Below are positions 38,237 to 46,968 of a stretch of DNA of 64,000 nucleotides, one piece after another. A program made the position numbers and the translations under genes. This DNA comes from Infirmifilum sp. (GTDB lineage: Archaea > Thermoproteota > Thermoprotei > Thermofilales > Thermofilaceae): the NCBI GenBank assembly GCA_041287245.1, contig JBEULP010000117.1:64001-128000 (forward strand), given 5' to 3'. Every line of letters begins with the position of its first letter. Within the stretch, counting starts at the first letter, position 1. The notes under the pieces are model-generated. The model saw only the letters and a program-made list of their open reading frames with translations, was not told the origin of the DNA and searched no databases.

Positions 38237-39292
38237 TCAATACAACCACATACTTCTAAACATTTCTCTAGCGCGGATCAGCGGGATAGATTTTGTGTAG
38301 TCTATGTTTCTAATTTCACGTAACCGCATTCTAGCTATACTCGGCGGGTACCGCCACAAGGCAAGTTCCCAAAATAGGTCCCAGCTAGTTATGCCTGAAA
38401 AGTATTTTTCATAACTCCTCCGACCCGCAAACTCTATTAACCCGATATCTTCAACCTCCTGGTTGCTTGACGCTGCTAGCTCATAGAGCCCGCGGTAGGG
38501 GCAGAAGCGACATGATATCCGGGGAATACCCTGTAGATAGTGCGGGTGAATGAGCCCCTCTCTCTTAACTATATTTGCCGTTTCAAAGGCTGAAAAGTCA
38601 TAGACAAGGTTTAATGTTTTCCCCTTAATAAAGCTACTATTGCTTGCCCAGTCCCTAAGCTTATTCATCCTTTTACCCGACTCCAGCATCCTGTCACCCT
38701 TTGCTTCGAAGTCTGCACCTAACCTTTTACACTCGAGACGTAGGGCCTTCGACTTAAGATAGGTACACCATCTCACCCCCCTCTTCGGAAGGCCTTCTCG
38801 TAACAGATAGAACTCAACCATCTTTCTGTCGGCTTCTATAACCTCTAGCTCTACTCCAAGTCTCGTAGCGACGCGTTCAACAAAGGATATGTTTTCCAGG
38901 GGTTCAAGGTATGGGACGTGAACGTAGACGGCAACTAGTTTAAAGTTGATCTTTTCCTGAAGTTGCGTCAGGAGTATTAGCTGGGCAGTGCTATCTTTGC
39001 CGCCGCTTAGATCAGCCATTACAAGCTTGCCGTCTAAGATGTTTCTGAGAGACTTTTCGGCTTCTAAAAGTCTTTTTTCAATGGACTCTTCTCGAAACTC
39101 GAAGCTAGGGTTTAAATAATCCTCATAAACCATGGTGAAGAAACTTCCCTTATTCACAACTTTAAAGCCGCTTTCACCGCTCCATAGATAGTGTTCACTA
39201 GAACTACCGTTAAAAACCTCGAAGTAATCACCAAAAGTCCTGACATAGCTTTGAGCCCTACCATCTCGGAAAACTGGATAAAACTCCATCAT
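38237..39292 (-). CDS. PAPS-reductase-family (PP-loop, Fe-S) protein
   Basis: LSGGKDS, RWCTYLK, GDR.LES.KR, HPHYLQGIPRISCRFCPY. Confidence 0.85.
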   Translation of the reverse strand: MMEFYPVFRDGRAQSYVRTFGDYFEVFNGSSSEHYLWSGESGFKVVNKGSFFTMVYEDYLNPSFEFREESIEKRLLEAEKSLRNILDGKLVMADLSGGKDSTAQLILLTQLQEKINFKLVAVYVHVPYLEPLENISFVERVATRLGVELEVIEADRKMVEFYLLREGLPKRGVRWCTYLKSKALRLECKRLGADFEAKGDRMLESGKRMNKLRDWASNSSFIKGKTLNLVYDFSAFETANIVKREGLIHPHYLQGIPRISCRFCPYRGLYELAASSNQEVEDIGLIEFAGRRSYEKYFSGITSWDLFWELALWRYPPSIARMRLREIRNIDYTKSIPLIRAREMFRSMWLY

Positions 39293-39310
39293 CCAGAAAA
39301 AACCTATTTT

Positions 39311-39955
39311 TTAGATTATTTCTACTTGAATTTTTCCCTCAAGCTTCTTCTTAAAATGCTCCGCATCAGTGCTCGAGCCTACGATAACACCGTAATGCAT
39401 GGGAATCGCTATCTGAGGCTGGATATCCAGTGCTGCTTCTACGGCCTCGTCAGCGGTCATAACGTAGGTGCCACTGACGGGTAGAAGCGCGATATCCACC
39501 TTTCCTTTAAGCTCCTTCATCTCAGGAATCCGGTCAGTATCTCCTGCATGATATATTCTGATACCTCCAATGTTTACGATTACACCAATGCCTTTGTACT
39601 CCCGGGGGTGGAACCTCTTACCGATATTATACGCTGGGACAGCCTCTATTGATACACCTTTTACCTCAACCTTTTGTCCAGGCTCTACCAGATAGGAGTT
39701 AAAACCGATTTTCTCTACCTTTGCTCTGCAATTTACGCTTGCTACAATTACTGCACTCTGCTTTGCTACTTTCAAAATATCTTCAGGGCTACAATGGTCA
39801 TAGTGGTCATGCGTGCAGATAATTATGTCTCCATCCCTTAAAACACGCTCCACCTGGAAGGGGTCGATGTAAATTGTTACGCCTCCATTTGAAATCTTAA
39901 AGGTTGCATGCTTGAGGTGCTCTACTGTGATTCCTCGAAACTTTAACGAAGCCAT
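39311..39955 (-). CDS. MBL-fold metallohydrolase
   Basis: IYIDP, THDHYDH, VPAYN...FHP, YHAGDT, IPMHY. Confidence 0.9.
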   Translation of the reverse strand: MASLKFRGITVEHLKHATFKISNGGVTIYIDPFQVERVLRDGDIIICTHDHYDHCSPEDILKVAKQSAVIVASVNCRAKVEKIGFNSYLVEPGQKVEVKGVSIEAVPAYNIGKRFHPREYKGIGVIVNIGGIRIYHAGDTDRIPEMKELKGKVDIALLPVSGTYVMTADEAVEAALDIQPQIAIPMHYGVIVGSSTDAEHFKKKLEGKIQVEII

Positions 39956-40013
39956 ACAGTCTTATATTCTCAAAAATGATATTTTAAGGTTTTTAAAGAG
40001 ACAAGACAGGGGT

Positions 40014-40370
40014 TCACTCCACCTTGAAAAGAGGCTGCCCCTGCTTGACTATCTCGCCTTCGCCAGCATATGCTTCTACAACAACTCCCTCACTGGTAGA
40101 TTTTACCTCTACAAGGGTCTTCATAGCTTCGATAACAGCTAGTATGTCTCCTGGCTTTACCTTATCTCCCTTGTGTACAGCTATTTTGACTATTTTTCCA
40201 GTAATCGGAGAAGTTACGACGCCTTTGCCTAAAGGAGGCGCTTCAACCTTCTTAACAACTCCCGTCTGGAGAACAGATAATACTGTTTCAAGAGAGCCTT
40301 TTCCCTCCTCAACCTCTACTTCAACCTCGAAAGCCTCTCCATCGAGAATAACCAGGAACTTCTTCTTCAT
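40014..40370 (-). CDS. Biotin carboxyl carrier protein
   Basis: VTSPITGKI...V..GD.V..GD.L..IEAMKT...G..V..GQPL. Confidence 0.92.
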   Translation of the reverse strand: MKKKFLVILDGEAFEVEVEVEEGKGSLETVLSVLQTGVVKKVEAPPLGKGVVTSPITGKIVKIAVHKGDKVKPGDILAVIEAMKTLVEVKSTSEGVVVEAYAGEGEIVKQGQPLFKVE

Positions 40371-40376
40371 TAACTA

Positions 40377-40550
40377 TCACCCATAACATGACACGTCTAT
40401 TTCTACGACGTCTAGAACCCTGGCTAGCCTCCAGGCACTAACGTGGGGGCTTGTATAAATATCAACCTTAAATGCTCTTTTTTTACCCTCCCGTGCACGT
40501 AGAAAGGCAAGAACGGCCGCCAGGACAACGGCACGTTTTGTGGTCTCCAC
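40377..40550 (-). CDS. Small epsilon/delta-like acyl-CoA (de)carboxylase accessory subunit (57 aa, not in ORF track)
   Basis: Manual translation METTKRAVVLAAVLAFLRAREGKKRAFKVDIYTSPHVSAWRLARVLDVVEIDVSCYG; GTG 3 nt after the CT stop, TGA 6 nt before BCCP. Confidence 0.8.
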   Translation of the reverse strand: METTKRAVVLAAVLAFLRAREGKKRAFKVDIYTSPHVSAWRLARVLDVVEIDVSCYG

Positions 40551-40553
40551 TAT

Positions 40554-42098
40554 CTACACCGGCGGCAACCCATGCTTACGTGCAGGTCTCGGGTGTTTTT
40601 CACGCTTGTCTAATAGGAACTGTAGAAGCCTAAAGAGGTATGCCCTAGTCTCTCTCGGCAAGATAATGTCATCGACGTACCCTCTACTTGCTGGGACGTA
40701 GGGATTTGCGATCTCGCTCCGGTATTTCTCGATAAACGTCTTAGCCAGCTCCTCGGGATTTGTTGTATTTTCAAGCTCTTTTTTATAAATTATTTCGATT
40801 GCGCCCTCTGGCCCCATAACGGCTATTTCCGCCGTAGGCCAAGCTAACACGAAATCTGCGCCTAGATGCTTGCTCCCCATGGCGATGTAGGCTCCTCCAT
40901 ATGCCTTTCTAAGTATAACAGTTATCTTAGGAACTGTAGCGTCGGCATAGGCGTAAATTATCTTCGCCCCATGCCTAATCACTCCATGGTGTTCTTGAAA
41001 GCTCCCAGGCAAGAAGCCTGGGACATCCACAAACGTTATAATCGGGAAATTAAACGCGTCGCAAAGCGAGACGAATCTGCTTATCTTATCGGAAGAGTCT
41101 ATGTCAAGGCTACCCGCCATAATTGCCGGCTGGTTTGCTACAACACATGTTCCATGCCCCCCGAGGCGCGCAAAACCCACAACGGCGCTCATGGCAAAGT
41201 TAGCGTGAACTTCAAGAAATGTTCCGGCGTCGAAGACACGTGATATAACCTCACGGACATCATATGTTTTTACAGGGTCATCCGGCACAATGTTATCGAG
41301 AGAAGAATCTTCTCGAAATGGGTCGTCCCCAGTGTCGACAAAAGGAGGATCTTCAGCGTTGTTGCTGGGAAGGTAGCTTAGAAGCCTCTTAATCACGTTT
41401 ATTGCCTCCTTGTCGTCTTCTACGACAAAGTGGGCTACGCCGCTTTTCGACGCATGAACTTCCGCGCCGCCGAGCTCCTCTGTTGAAATTTCCTCCCCAA
41501 TAGAGGCTTTTACAACCTTTGGGCCAGTAATGAACATGTAGCTTTTCTTTGTCATAATTATGAAATCAGCTAAGGCAGGGCTGTAAACGGCGCCACCTGC
41601 ACAGGGCCCCATAATGGCTACTATTTGCGGAACAACACCGCTTGCCATCACGTTGCGGTAGAATATCTCCCCGTAACCCTTTAAAGAATCGACACCTTCC
41701 TGTATTCTCGCCCCACCAGAATCGTTAAGGCCTATAACAGGCACACCAAGCTTGATCGCCATCTCTATTGTCCTGGCTATCTTAGAAGCATGCATCTCGC
41801 CCACGCTTCCCCCCATGAAGCTGAAATCCTGTGCATAGACCGCTACTCGCCTGCCATTTATTGTTCCCAGCCCAGCCACCACACCATCTCCATAAGCTTT
41901 TTTGGACTCCATCCCGAATCCTGTTGCCCTATGCAACACGTAACGGCCTATAGGGGTGAACGAATCAGAATCCAAGAGCAGACTGAGCCTTTCATATACG
42001 GTGAGCTTACCCTGCTCATGGATCTTCTTAGCCTGCTCCTCGCTAATTTTTTGAGCATCGCTTCTCCTCTTCAGAAGATCTTCCATCTTACCTGACAT
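40554..42098 (-). CDS. Acyl-CoA carboxyltransferase (PccB / methylmalonyl-CoA decarboxylase alpha type)
   Basis: GKLTVYERL, AQDF..MGGS, DSGGARIQEG, GPCAGGAVYSPA, DVPGFLPG, RKAYGGAY, KHGLPP. Confidence 0.95.
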   Translation of the reverse strand: MSGKMEDLLKRRSDAQKISEEQAKKIHEQGKLTVYERLSLLLDSDSFTPIGRYVLHRATGFGMESKKAYGDGVVAGLGTINGRRVAVYAQDFSFMGGSVGEMHASKIARTIEMAIKLGVPVIGLNDSGGARIQEGVDSLKGYGEIFYRNVMASGVVPQIVAIMGPCAGGAVYSPALADFIIMTKKSYMFITGPKVVKASIGEEISTEELGGAEVHASKSGVAHFVVEDDKEAINVIKRLLSYLPSNNAEDPPFVDTGDDPFREDSSLDNIVPDDPVKTYDVREVISRVFDAGTFLEVHANFAMSAVVGFARLGGHGTCVVANQPAIMAGSLDIDSSDKISRFVSLCDAFNFPIITFVDVPGFLPGSFQEHHGVIRHGAKIIYAYADATVPKITVILRKAYGGAYIAMGSKHLGADFVLAWPTAEIAVMGPEGAIEIIYKKELENTTNPEELAKTFIEKYRSEIANPYVPASRGYVDDIILPRETRAYLFRLLQFLLDKREKHPRPARKHGLPPV

Positions 42099-42116
42099 CT
42101 AGAACACCGTAAGAGG

Positions 42117-42683
42117 CTAGGCGAGCTCTAGGACCCAGGCCTCAAATTCTCCCCCGCTCACGCGGATTTTCACCTGCTCAGCCCCTTTCCTGGCTGCCTC
42201 AAGAACCAATCCTAGATGTCTTTGAATCCTAGCTACTGATTCAAGCCAGTCACCATTTGGCAAGCGGAGACTGATAGGTACCCGTAGAGCCCGGAGATCA
42301 CGTTCATCAACGCCGTTTAGGTTTTCAAATCTGTAGCTTTCACCCGGCCGTACAGGCTGTTTTCTCCGCGGGACACTATGTAGTCCTCTTATAGAAACAT
42401 ATGCTACATTTCCCGTCTTGACATAGATCTTCTTTTTAGCGAGATAAGCGGCCCAAGGCTCTACATTTCTTTCATCGACAATTATCTCGGCATTTCCGGT
42501 GAGTCCCACAAGGGTTTCTGCATCTACGCTTATTTCAAGTTCTCCTCCTTTCAGTTCAAAGACAGGTCCGGAGAGACTGTTCATTGCTAGTGAATTAGCC
42601 ACTGCGTGGGCAAACTTGTCATATGAAGATAGGGGGTTTGGAGAAAGGAAAGACCTGATAGCCTTCTGTATAACAATCATCAT
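42117..42683 (-). CDS. Truncated PxpC/KipA (allophanate-hydrolase subunit 2)-like protein
   Basis: DKFAHAVANSLAMN...FELKGGEL...GLTGNA...VEPW...GNVAYVSIRG resembles the N-terminal half of PxpC; start ATG about 42683. Confidence 0.55.
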   Translation of the reverse strand: MMIVIQKAIRSFLSPNPLSSYDKFAHAVANSLAMNSLSGPVFELKGGELEISVDAETLVGLTGNAEIIVDERNVEPWAAYLAKKKIYVKTGNVAYVSIRGLHSVPRRKQPVRPGESYRFENLNGVDERDLRALRVPISLRLPNGDWLESVARIQRHLGLVLEAARKGAEQVKIRVSGGEFEAWVLELA

Positions 42684-42775
42684 ACAGCCGTACACCGCTG
42701 GCTCTTTCAATAAATGGTATGGTATTTAAGCTTTGCCGATAATGATTTCAACAGTTGTCGAGAACTTCAAAGAAC

Positions 42776-43924
42776 TCAGACAACCCAATCCTCCAGATCC
42801 ATCTTTTTCATTAAAAACGTTCTAATAAATCCTGCGATTAGGATTGTAAGCCAAAGGGGCTGATATACGAGAAAATATAAAGGATAGAGGTAAGCGTAAG
42901 ACTTCATTCGAATATACTTTGACGCCATAAAATGCCACACCATAAAAAATGTTAGAGCTAAGGTCAGAGGAATAAAATAAATGATTTGCAGGTTAACTGA
43001 CAATAATGCTGTAAATGGAATTACCTGGCTTATTAGTGACGAGAGAGAAAGGAGAAACAAGTACAAACTTTTAACTAGCGTATGGTTGTAAAGGAAGAAA
43101 GGAAGCAGGGTAGAAACCAGTGAAGGCAGCGATATTAGAAGCCCGGGAATGAGGACATGAGGCATTTCCAAAACAGCTTTTAACCCTACGAAGAAATACC
43201 TCTGAACCCAGTCTGCCAAGCCAATAGCCCACCTCTTCCTTTGCCTGTACCATCTTCTCCATGACTCTGGAGGGTAGTTGTACACAAATGTGGACTCTAT
43301 ATACGTAAACTTATGGCCCCTGAGAAAGCTTCGGATAGCCAGGTCAAAATCTTCAGAGATGATAGGCTTGAAAAAACCTATTTCCTCGAGTGCTTTACGC
43401 TTCATAGCGAAGGCTGCGCCATTAATAGCGATGGTTTTACCGGCGAACCGCGCCATCAATTTACTTGCAAAGTTTGTAGCGACATACTCAATGTAAACCA
43501 TTTTCCCGAGAAGGTTTTCTGCAACCACGACCTTCTTAATATCAGCTATGTCGTAGTCTTTTATCGCCTCTACGATTTTCTGTATAAACAGGGGGTCAGA
43601 AATTTCAACGTCATCATCTAGGAAGATAATGACGTCACCGCGCGCATGCTTGAGAGCATTATTTAAAGCGTTTACCTTTCCACTCCTAGCCGCATTTAAA
43701 ATAACCCTTATCCTATCCCCCTTAAATTTTAATAGATTCTCGGCAACGGGTTCGAGGGGCTCGTCAACGACCACAATCACTTCAAAACTAGGATAAGATG
43801 CCTCGGAGAGCATCTGGACCAATCTGACTAACCTTTCATTACCATGATATGAGGGAATAATAATGCTAACCGAGAGAAGCTTGCTGAGACTTGGTTTTTC
43901 AGCTAAGACACTACTAGCAGACAC
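42776..43924 (-). CDS. Membrane GT2 glycosyltransferase (processive-type motifs)
   Basis: GKVNALN, FLDDD, SEDFD, QRKRW, C-terminal TMs. Confidence 0.9.
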   Translation of the reverse strand: MSASSVLAEKPSLSKLLSVSIIIPSYHGNERLVRLVQMLSEASYPSFEVIVVVDEPLEPVAENLLKFKGDRIRVILNAARSGKVNALNNALKHARGDVIIFLDDDVEISDPLFIQKIVEAIKDYDIADIKKVVVAENLLGKMVYIEYVATNFASKLMARFAGKTIAINGAAFAMKRKALEEIGFFKPIISEDFDLAIRSFLRGHKFTYIESTFVYNYPPESWRRWYRQRKRWAIGLADWVQRYFFVGLKAVLEMPHVLIPGLLISLPSLVSTLLPFFLYNHTLVKSLYLFLLSLSSLISQVIPFTALLSVNLQIIYFIPLTLALTFFMVWHFMASKYIRMKSYAYLYPLYFLVYQPLWLTILIAGFIRTFLMKKMDLEDWVV

Positions 43925-43971
43925 ACCACCCCTACTGTTACCTTTAATAAATCCTTTTTGGAACCATTGCC

Positions 43972-44193
43972 ATGATGGAAAATCGAGCTTCGGCGGATAT
44001 CCAAAATATTATCATAACCTTAGCGAAGAGGGATATTTACAATGGAGTCGGCCGTGTTTTCATATCCGAGCTGATCGAACAAGGGTATACACGGGACCAG
44101 GTGACACTTGCGATTGAAAATCTGAAATCAAATTACAAGATTATCGTTGTTGGAGACATTATAAAGGTATATTTTGGTGAAGGTAGTGTTTGA
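43972..44193 (+). CDS. Small hypothetical protein (possible winged helix)
   Basis: 73-aa ORF behind a TATA-like sequence; ends in GGTGA SD overlapping ogt. Confidence 0.6.
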   Translation: MMENRASADIQNIIITLAKRDIYNGVGRVFISELIEQGYTRDQVTLAIENLKSNYKIIVVGDIIKVYFGEGSV

Positions 44194-44683
44194 ATATAAG
44201 TGCACTCTAACTCCTATTGGAGAACTCTGCTTTGTAGTGCGCGAAAACAATATCTTCTCTCTCCACAGAAGAGAAAAGGTAAGAGTAAGCGAAGGAAGGT
44301 ACGGGGGGCCATATGCCGACCTCTTCGAAGAAGAACTTCATGAATACTTCCAGGGAAAAAGAAAACTATTCAGCTTCGAACCTGTAATTACTGGCTCCCC
44401 TCTCCGGAGAAAAGTTTTAGAGGAGACTTTAAAAATCCCTTATGGCTCCACGACCACATATAAAAGCATCGCCACAAAGCTCTCAACCTCGCCCAGAGCA
44501 ATTGGACGCATCCTTAAAACTAACAATATCTTATTGGTTGTTCCATGCCACAGAATAATAAAAGCAACAGGAGAACCAGGAGGATACACCCTAGGCTTTC
44601 AGGCCAAACTCTACCTGCTTCAACTTGAAAATCCTCAGAGAACTCTCTCGACCTTGACAAAAGCATCATTTCAATTGAAGTAA
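44174..44683 (+). CDS. ogt: O6-methylguanine-DNA methyltransferase
   Basis: IPYGSTTTY..IA, SPRAIG, VVPCHRII, GGY. Confidence 0.92.
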   Translation: MVKVVFEYKCTLTPIGELCFVVRENNIFSLHRREKVRVSEGRYGGPYADLFEEELHEYFQGKRKLFSFEPVITGSPLRRKVLEETLKIPYGSTTTYKSIATKLSTSPRAIGRILKTNNILLVVPCHRIIKATGEPGGYTLGFQAKLYLLQLENPQRTLSTLTKASFQLK

Positions 44684-44790
44684 AATGAATAACTTGCTTT
44701 TACAATTATAATTATTTACTTTTACCTCAGGTTAGATTCTATTTTAATTCCAGATTTTCTAAGAAAACCCTTATATATATCTAAATAAAA

Positions 44791-46941
44791 ATGGACGTTG
44801 TGACCGAGAAAAAGGCTAAAAACCGAACGCCTGCTATTCTCGCCGCCGTCATTGTGATTGTACTCCTCGCCTCGCTCATCTACTTCCTCTCTCAAAAACC
44901 AGCGCCGTCAGGCCCAGCGGCACAGGCAAAGCCATTCCACAAACAAGTGCTCTATGTTATTGTAAACGATGAAGGAACAAGAATAAACATGTATAAGACG
45001 GGAGTATTCGACATAGCTGTTGTTACTCCTTCTCGGTGGATAGATGTTAATAATACGCCTGTGGGTAATTTCTCTCTTCACCTTGTAAGGCGGCCAGACA
45101 AACCACAACTTACAATCCAGTATATAGGTCTGAACCCGATGAAAGAACCCCTCAATATACCGGAAGTTAGACAAGCGCTTGCCTACGCCGTCCCCTACGA
45201 CGTTATTCTTAGGCAAGTTTTCGGAGGGCTATACACCAGACTGCACACCATTGTACCAAAAGGCATGCTCGGATACACAGAATTCGGCATTAACAAATAT
45301 GAATATGATATGAGTAAGGCTCAGCAAATCATTGATAATCTAAAAGCCAGGGGGTTTGACCCATCCAAATACGTAATAACAATAATATATAACGAAGGCA
45401 ACACAGCGCGCCAGCAAATAGCTTCTCTGCTACAACAATCCTGGAGCCAGCTTGGCTTTAAGGTCACTGTAGAATCTTATTCGTGGCCAAAGTATCTTGA
45501 TCTAGTAGATCACTTTGAATATCAAGTGATGCTTCTCGGATGGATTCCGGATTATCTTGACCCAGACAACTATCTGATGCCCTTTGTATGGGGAGGCGCA
45601 GAGTTCAAGAATTTGGAATACCATGCTAATGTTCCCGCTTCAAATGTCGGGAACTATCTTTCCTCAATAAACATGACAATCGAGACTGAAAAATACATAG
45701 TTGTAGTAGGTGAAAGAGGTAGTGGAGCAAAATACACTGGACCCACCAACAAGCCAATAATAACCGTCGGGTATACAGTCGACTGGGATACCACGAACTC
45801 GAACTGGGCACAGCCCATAAACATGGTTACGCTCGGAACTGGCGGTCTAAAAGATGTTGCGTTAAGTGCTTTATGTAGAGTAGCCCAGAGAATTCTCGAA
45901 GAGGACGTAAGAGAAGCGGTAATTCAAGCCGCCGTCATATACTTCAACAAACAGTCAACATTGCTTATCCTGGGGCAATCAATCACCGGAGAGAACTACG
46001 GCACATGGGTTCATGACATGTATTATCCGCTAGCCACATTTGCAAGGTATGACCTTGTCTGGGAGGATCCTAACGCACCTGTAGCTGATACCGGCATTCT
46101 CAACATCAAAAACAACCCCGAGACAATGGTTATTGGTGATATAGGATGGCCCGACACTTTCGACCCAGCTAAATCATATGAAAGCTTCGGATGGGAGATT
46201 TTCTGGCAGACTTACGGTAAGCTCGTGACCACGTGGAAAGAGGACACCGAGCCCATTCCTGAGCTTTCCGTTGCATGGGCCTTCAGCAAAAATCTCACCG
46301 AACTCTACTTCGTGATGAGGGGGAACGTTGTTGCCTTCGACCCATGGAACAATAAAACATATCCAATTACAGCTGTTGATGCTCTCTTCAGCATTTGGAG
46401 GGCAGTGAGGGTAAACCTTCCTGGGGGGCCCCAGTGGATGATTGATAGCTTTATCGACGTTAACGCCTCCTCAGTATTAACTGAAAATGAACTTGACGCA
46501 TTAGCGAAGAGTTATGGGCTTACTACAGCATTCAAAGGTAAATCCGCGGAGGTTCACAGCTTAAACGAGCTGCTTAACTTTTTCGGTTATTCTGGGCCTA
46601 CAGCCGGTGTAGTAAAATTCAAGCTCCGGGCACCTTACGTGCCTATACTTCAAATCTTCGTCACCGGAGTCGGCTCTGTATTTCCAATGCAGTATGCTCT
46701 AGGAAACCAGTATCAGGCTGCGCTAGCAGACTCTAACAATGGGCGTAATCCATCAGCATGGGCGAAATACGTCGGTGTTGGAGAAGACGATGCTACGTTT
46801 AAGCTCTTATCGACAAAGCCCGTTTCAACAGGACCGTACTATGTAGCAGAGTATAAGGAGGACAGCTATATACTCCTGAAATATAACCCCTACTATTGGA
46901 ATGCGACGATGTGGCAACAACTTTATGGTTTTAAACCTTAA
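44791..46941 (+). CDS. Peptide ABC transporter substrate-binding protein (family 5), circularly permuted, N-terminal anchor
   Basis: VRQALAYA, GWIPDYLDPDNYL, DTFDPA, PVSTGPY...NPYYW; first gene of a dpp-like operon. Confidence 0.9.
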   Translation: MDVVTEKKAKNRTPAILAAVIVIVLLASLIYFLSQKPAPSGPAAQAKPFHKQVLYVIVNDEGTRINMYKTGVFDIAVVTPSRWIDVNNTPVGNFSLHLVRRPDKPQLTIQYIGLNPMKEPLNIPEVRQALAYAVPYDVILRQVFGGLYTRLHTIVPKGMLGYTEFGINKYEYDMSKAQQIIDNLKARGFDPSKYVITIIYNEGNTARQQIASLLQQSWSQLGFKVTVESYSWPKYLDLVDHFEYQVMLLGWIPDYLDPDNYLMPFVWGGAEFKNLEYHANVPASNVGNYLSSINMTIETEKYIVVVGERGSGAKYTGPTNKPIITVGYTVDWDTTNSNWAQPINMVTLGTGGLKDVALSALCRVAQRILEEDVREAVIQAAVIYFNKQSTLLILGQSITGENYGTWVHDMYYPLATFARYDLVWEDPNAPVADTGILNIKNNPETMVIGDIGWPDTFDPAKSYESFGWEIFWQTYGKLVTTWKEDTEPIPELSVAWAFSKNLTELYFVMRGNVVAFDPWNNKTYPITAVDALFSIWRAVRVNLPGGPQWMIDSFIDVNASSVLTENELDALAKSYGLTTAFKGKSAEVHSLNELLNFFGYSGPTAGVVKFKLRAPYVPILQIFVTGVGSVFPMQYALGNQYQAALADSNNGRNPSAWAKYVGVGEDDATFKLLSTKPVSTGPYYVAEYKEDSYILLKYNPYYWNATMWQQLYGFKP

Positions 46942-46968
46942 AAAGGGTTTTTCTTTAGAGTGGTGTAA

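Noticed and set aside
37539..39955. Complete phosphorothioation or restriction-modification defence system
   Set aside because: No DndD/E, Ssp, cysteine desulfurase or methyltransferase in the window; kept only as a tentative finding
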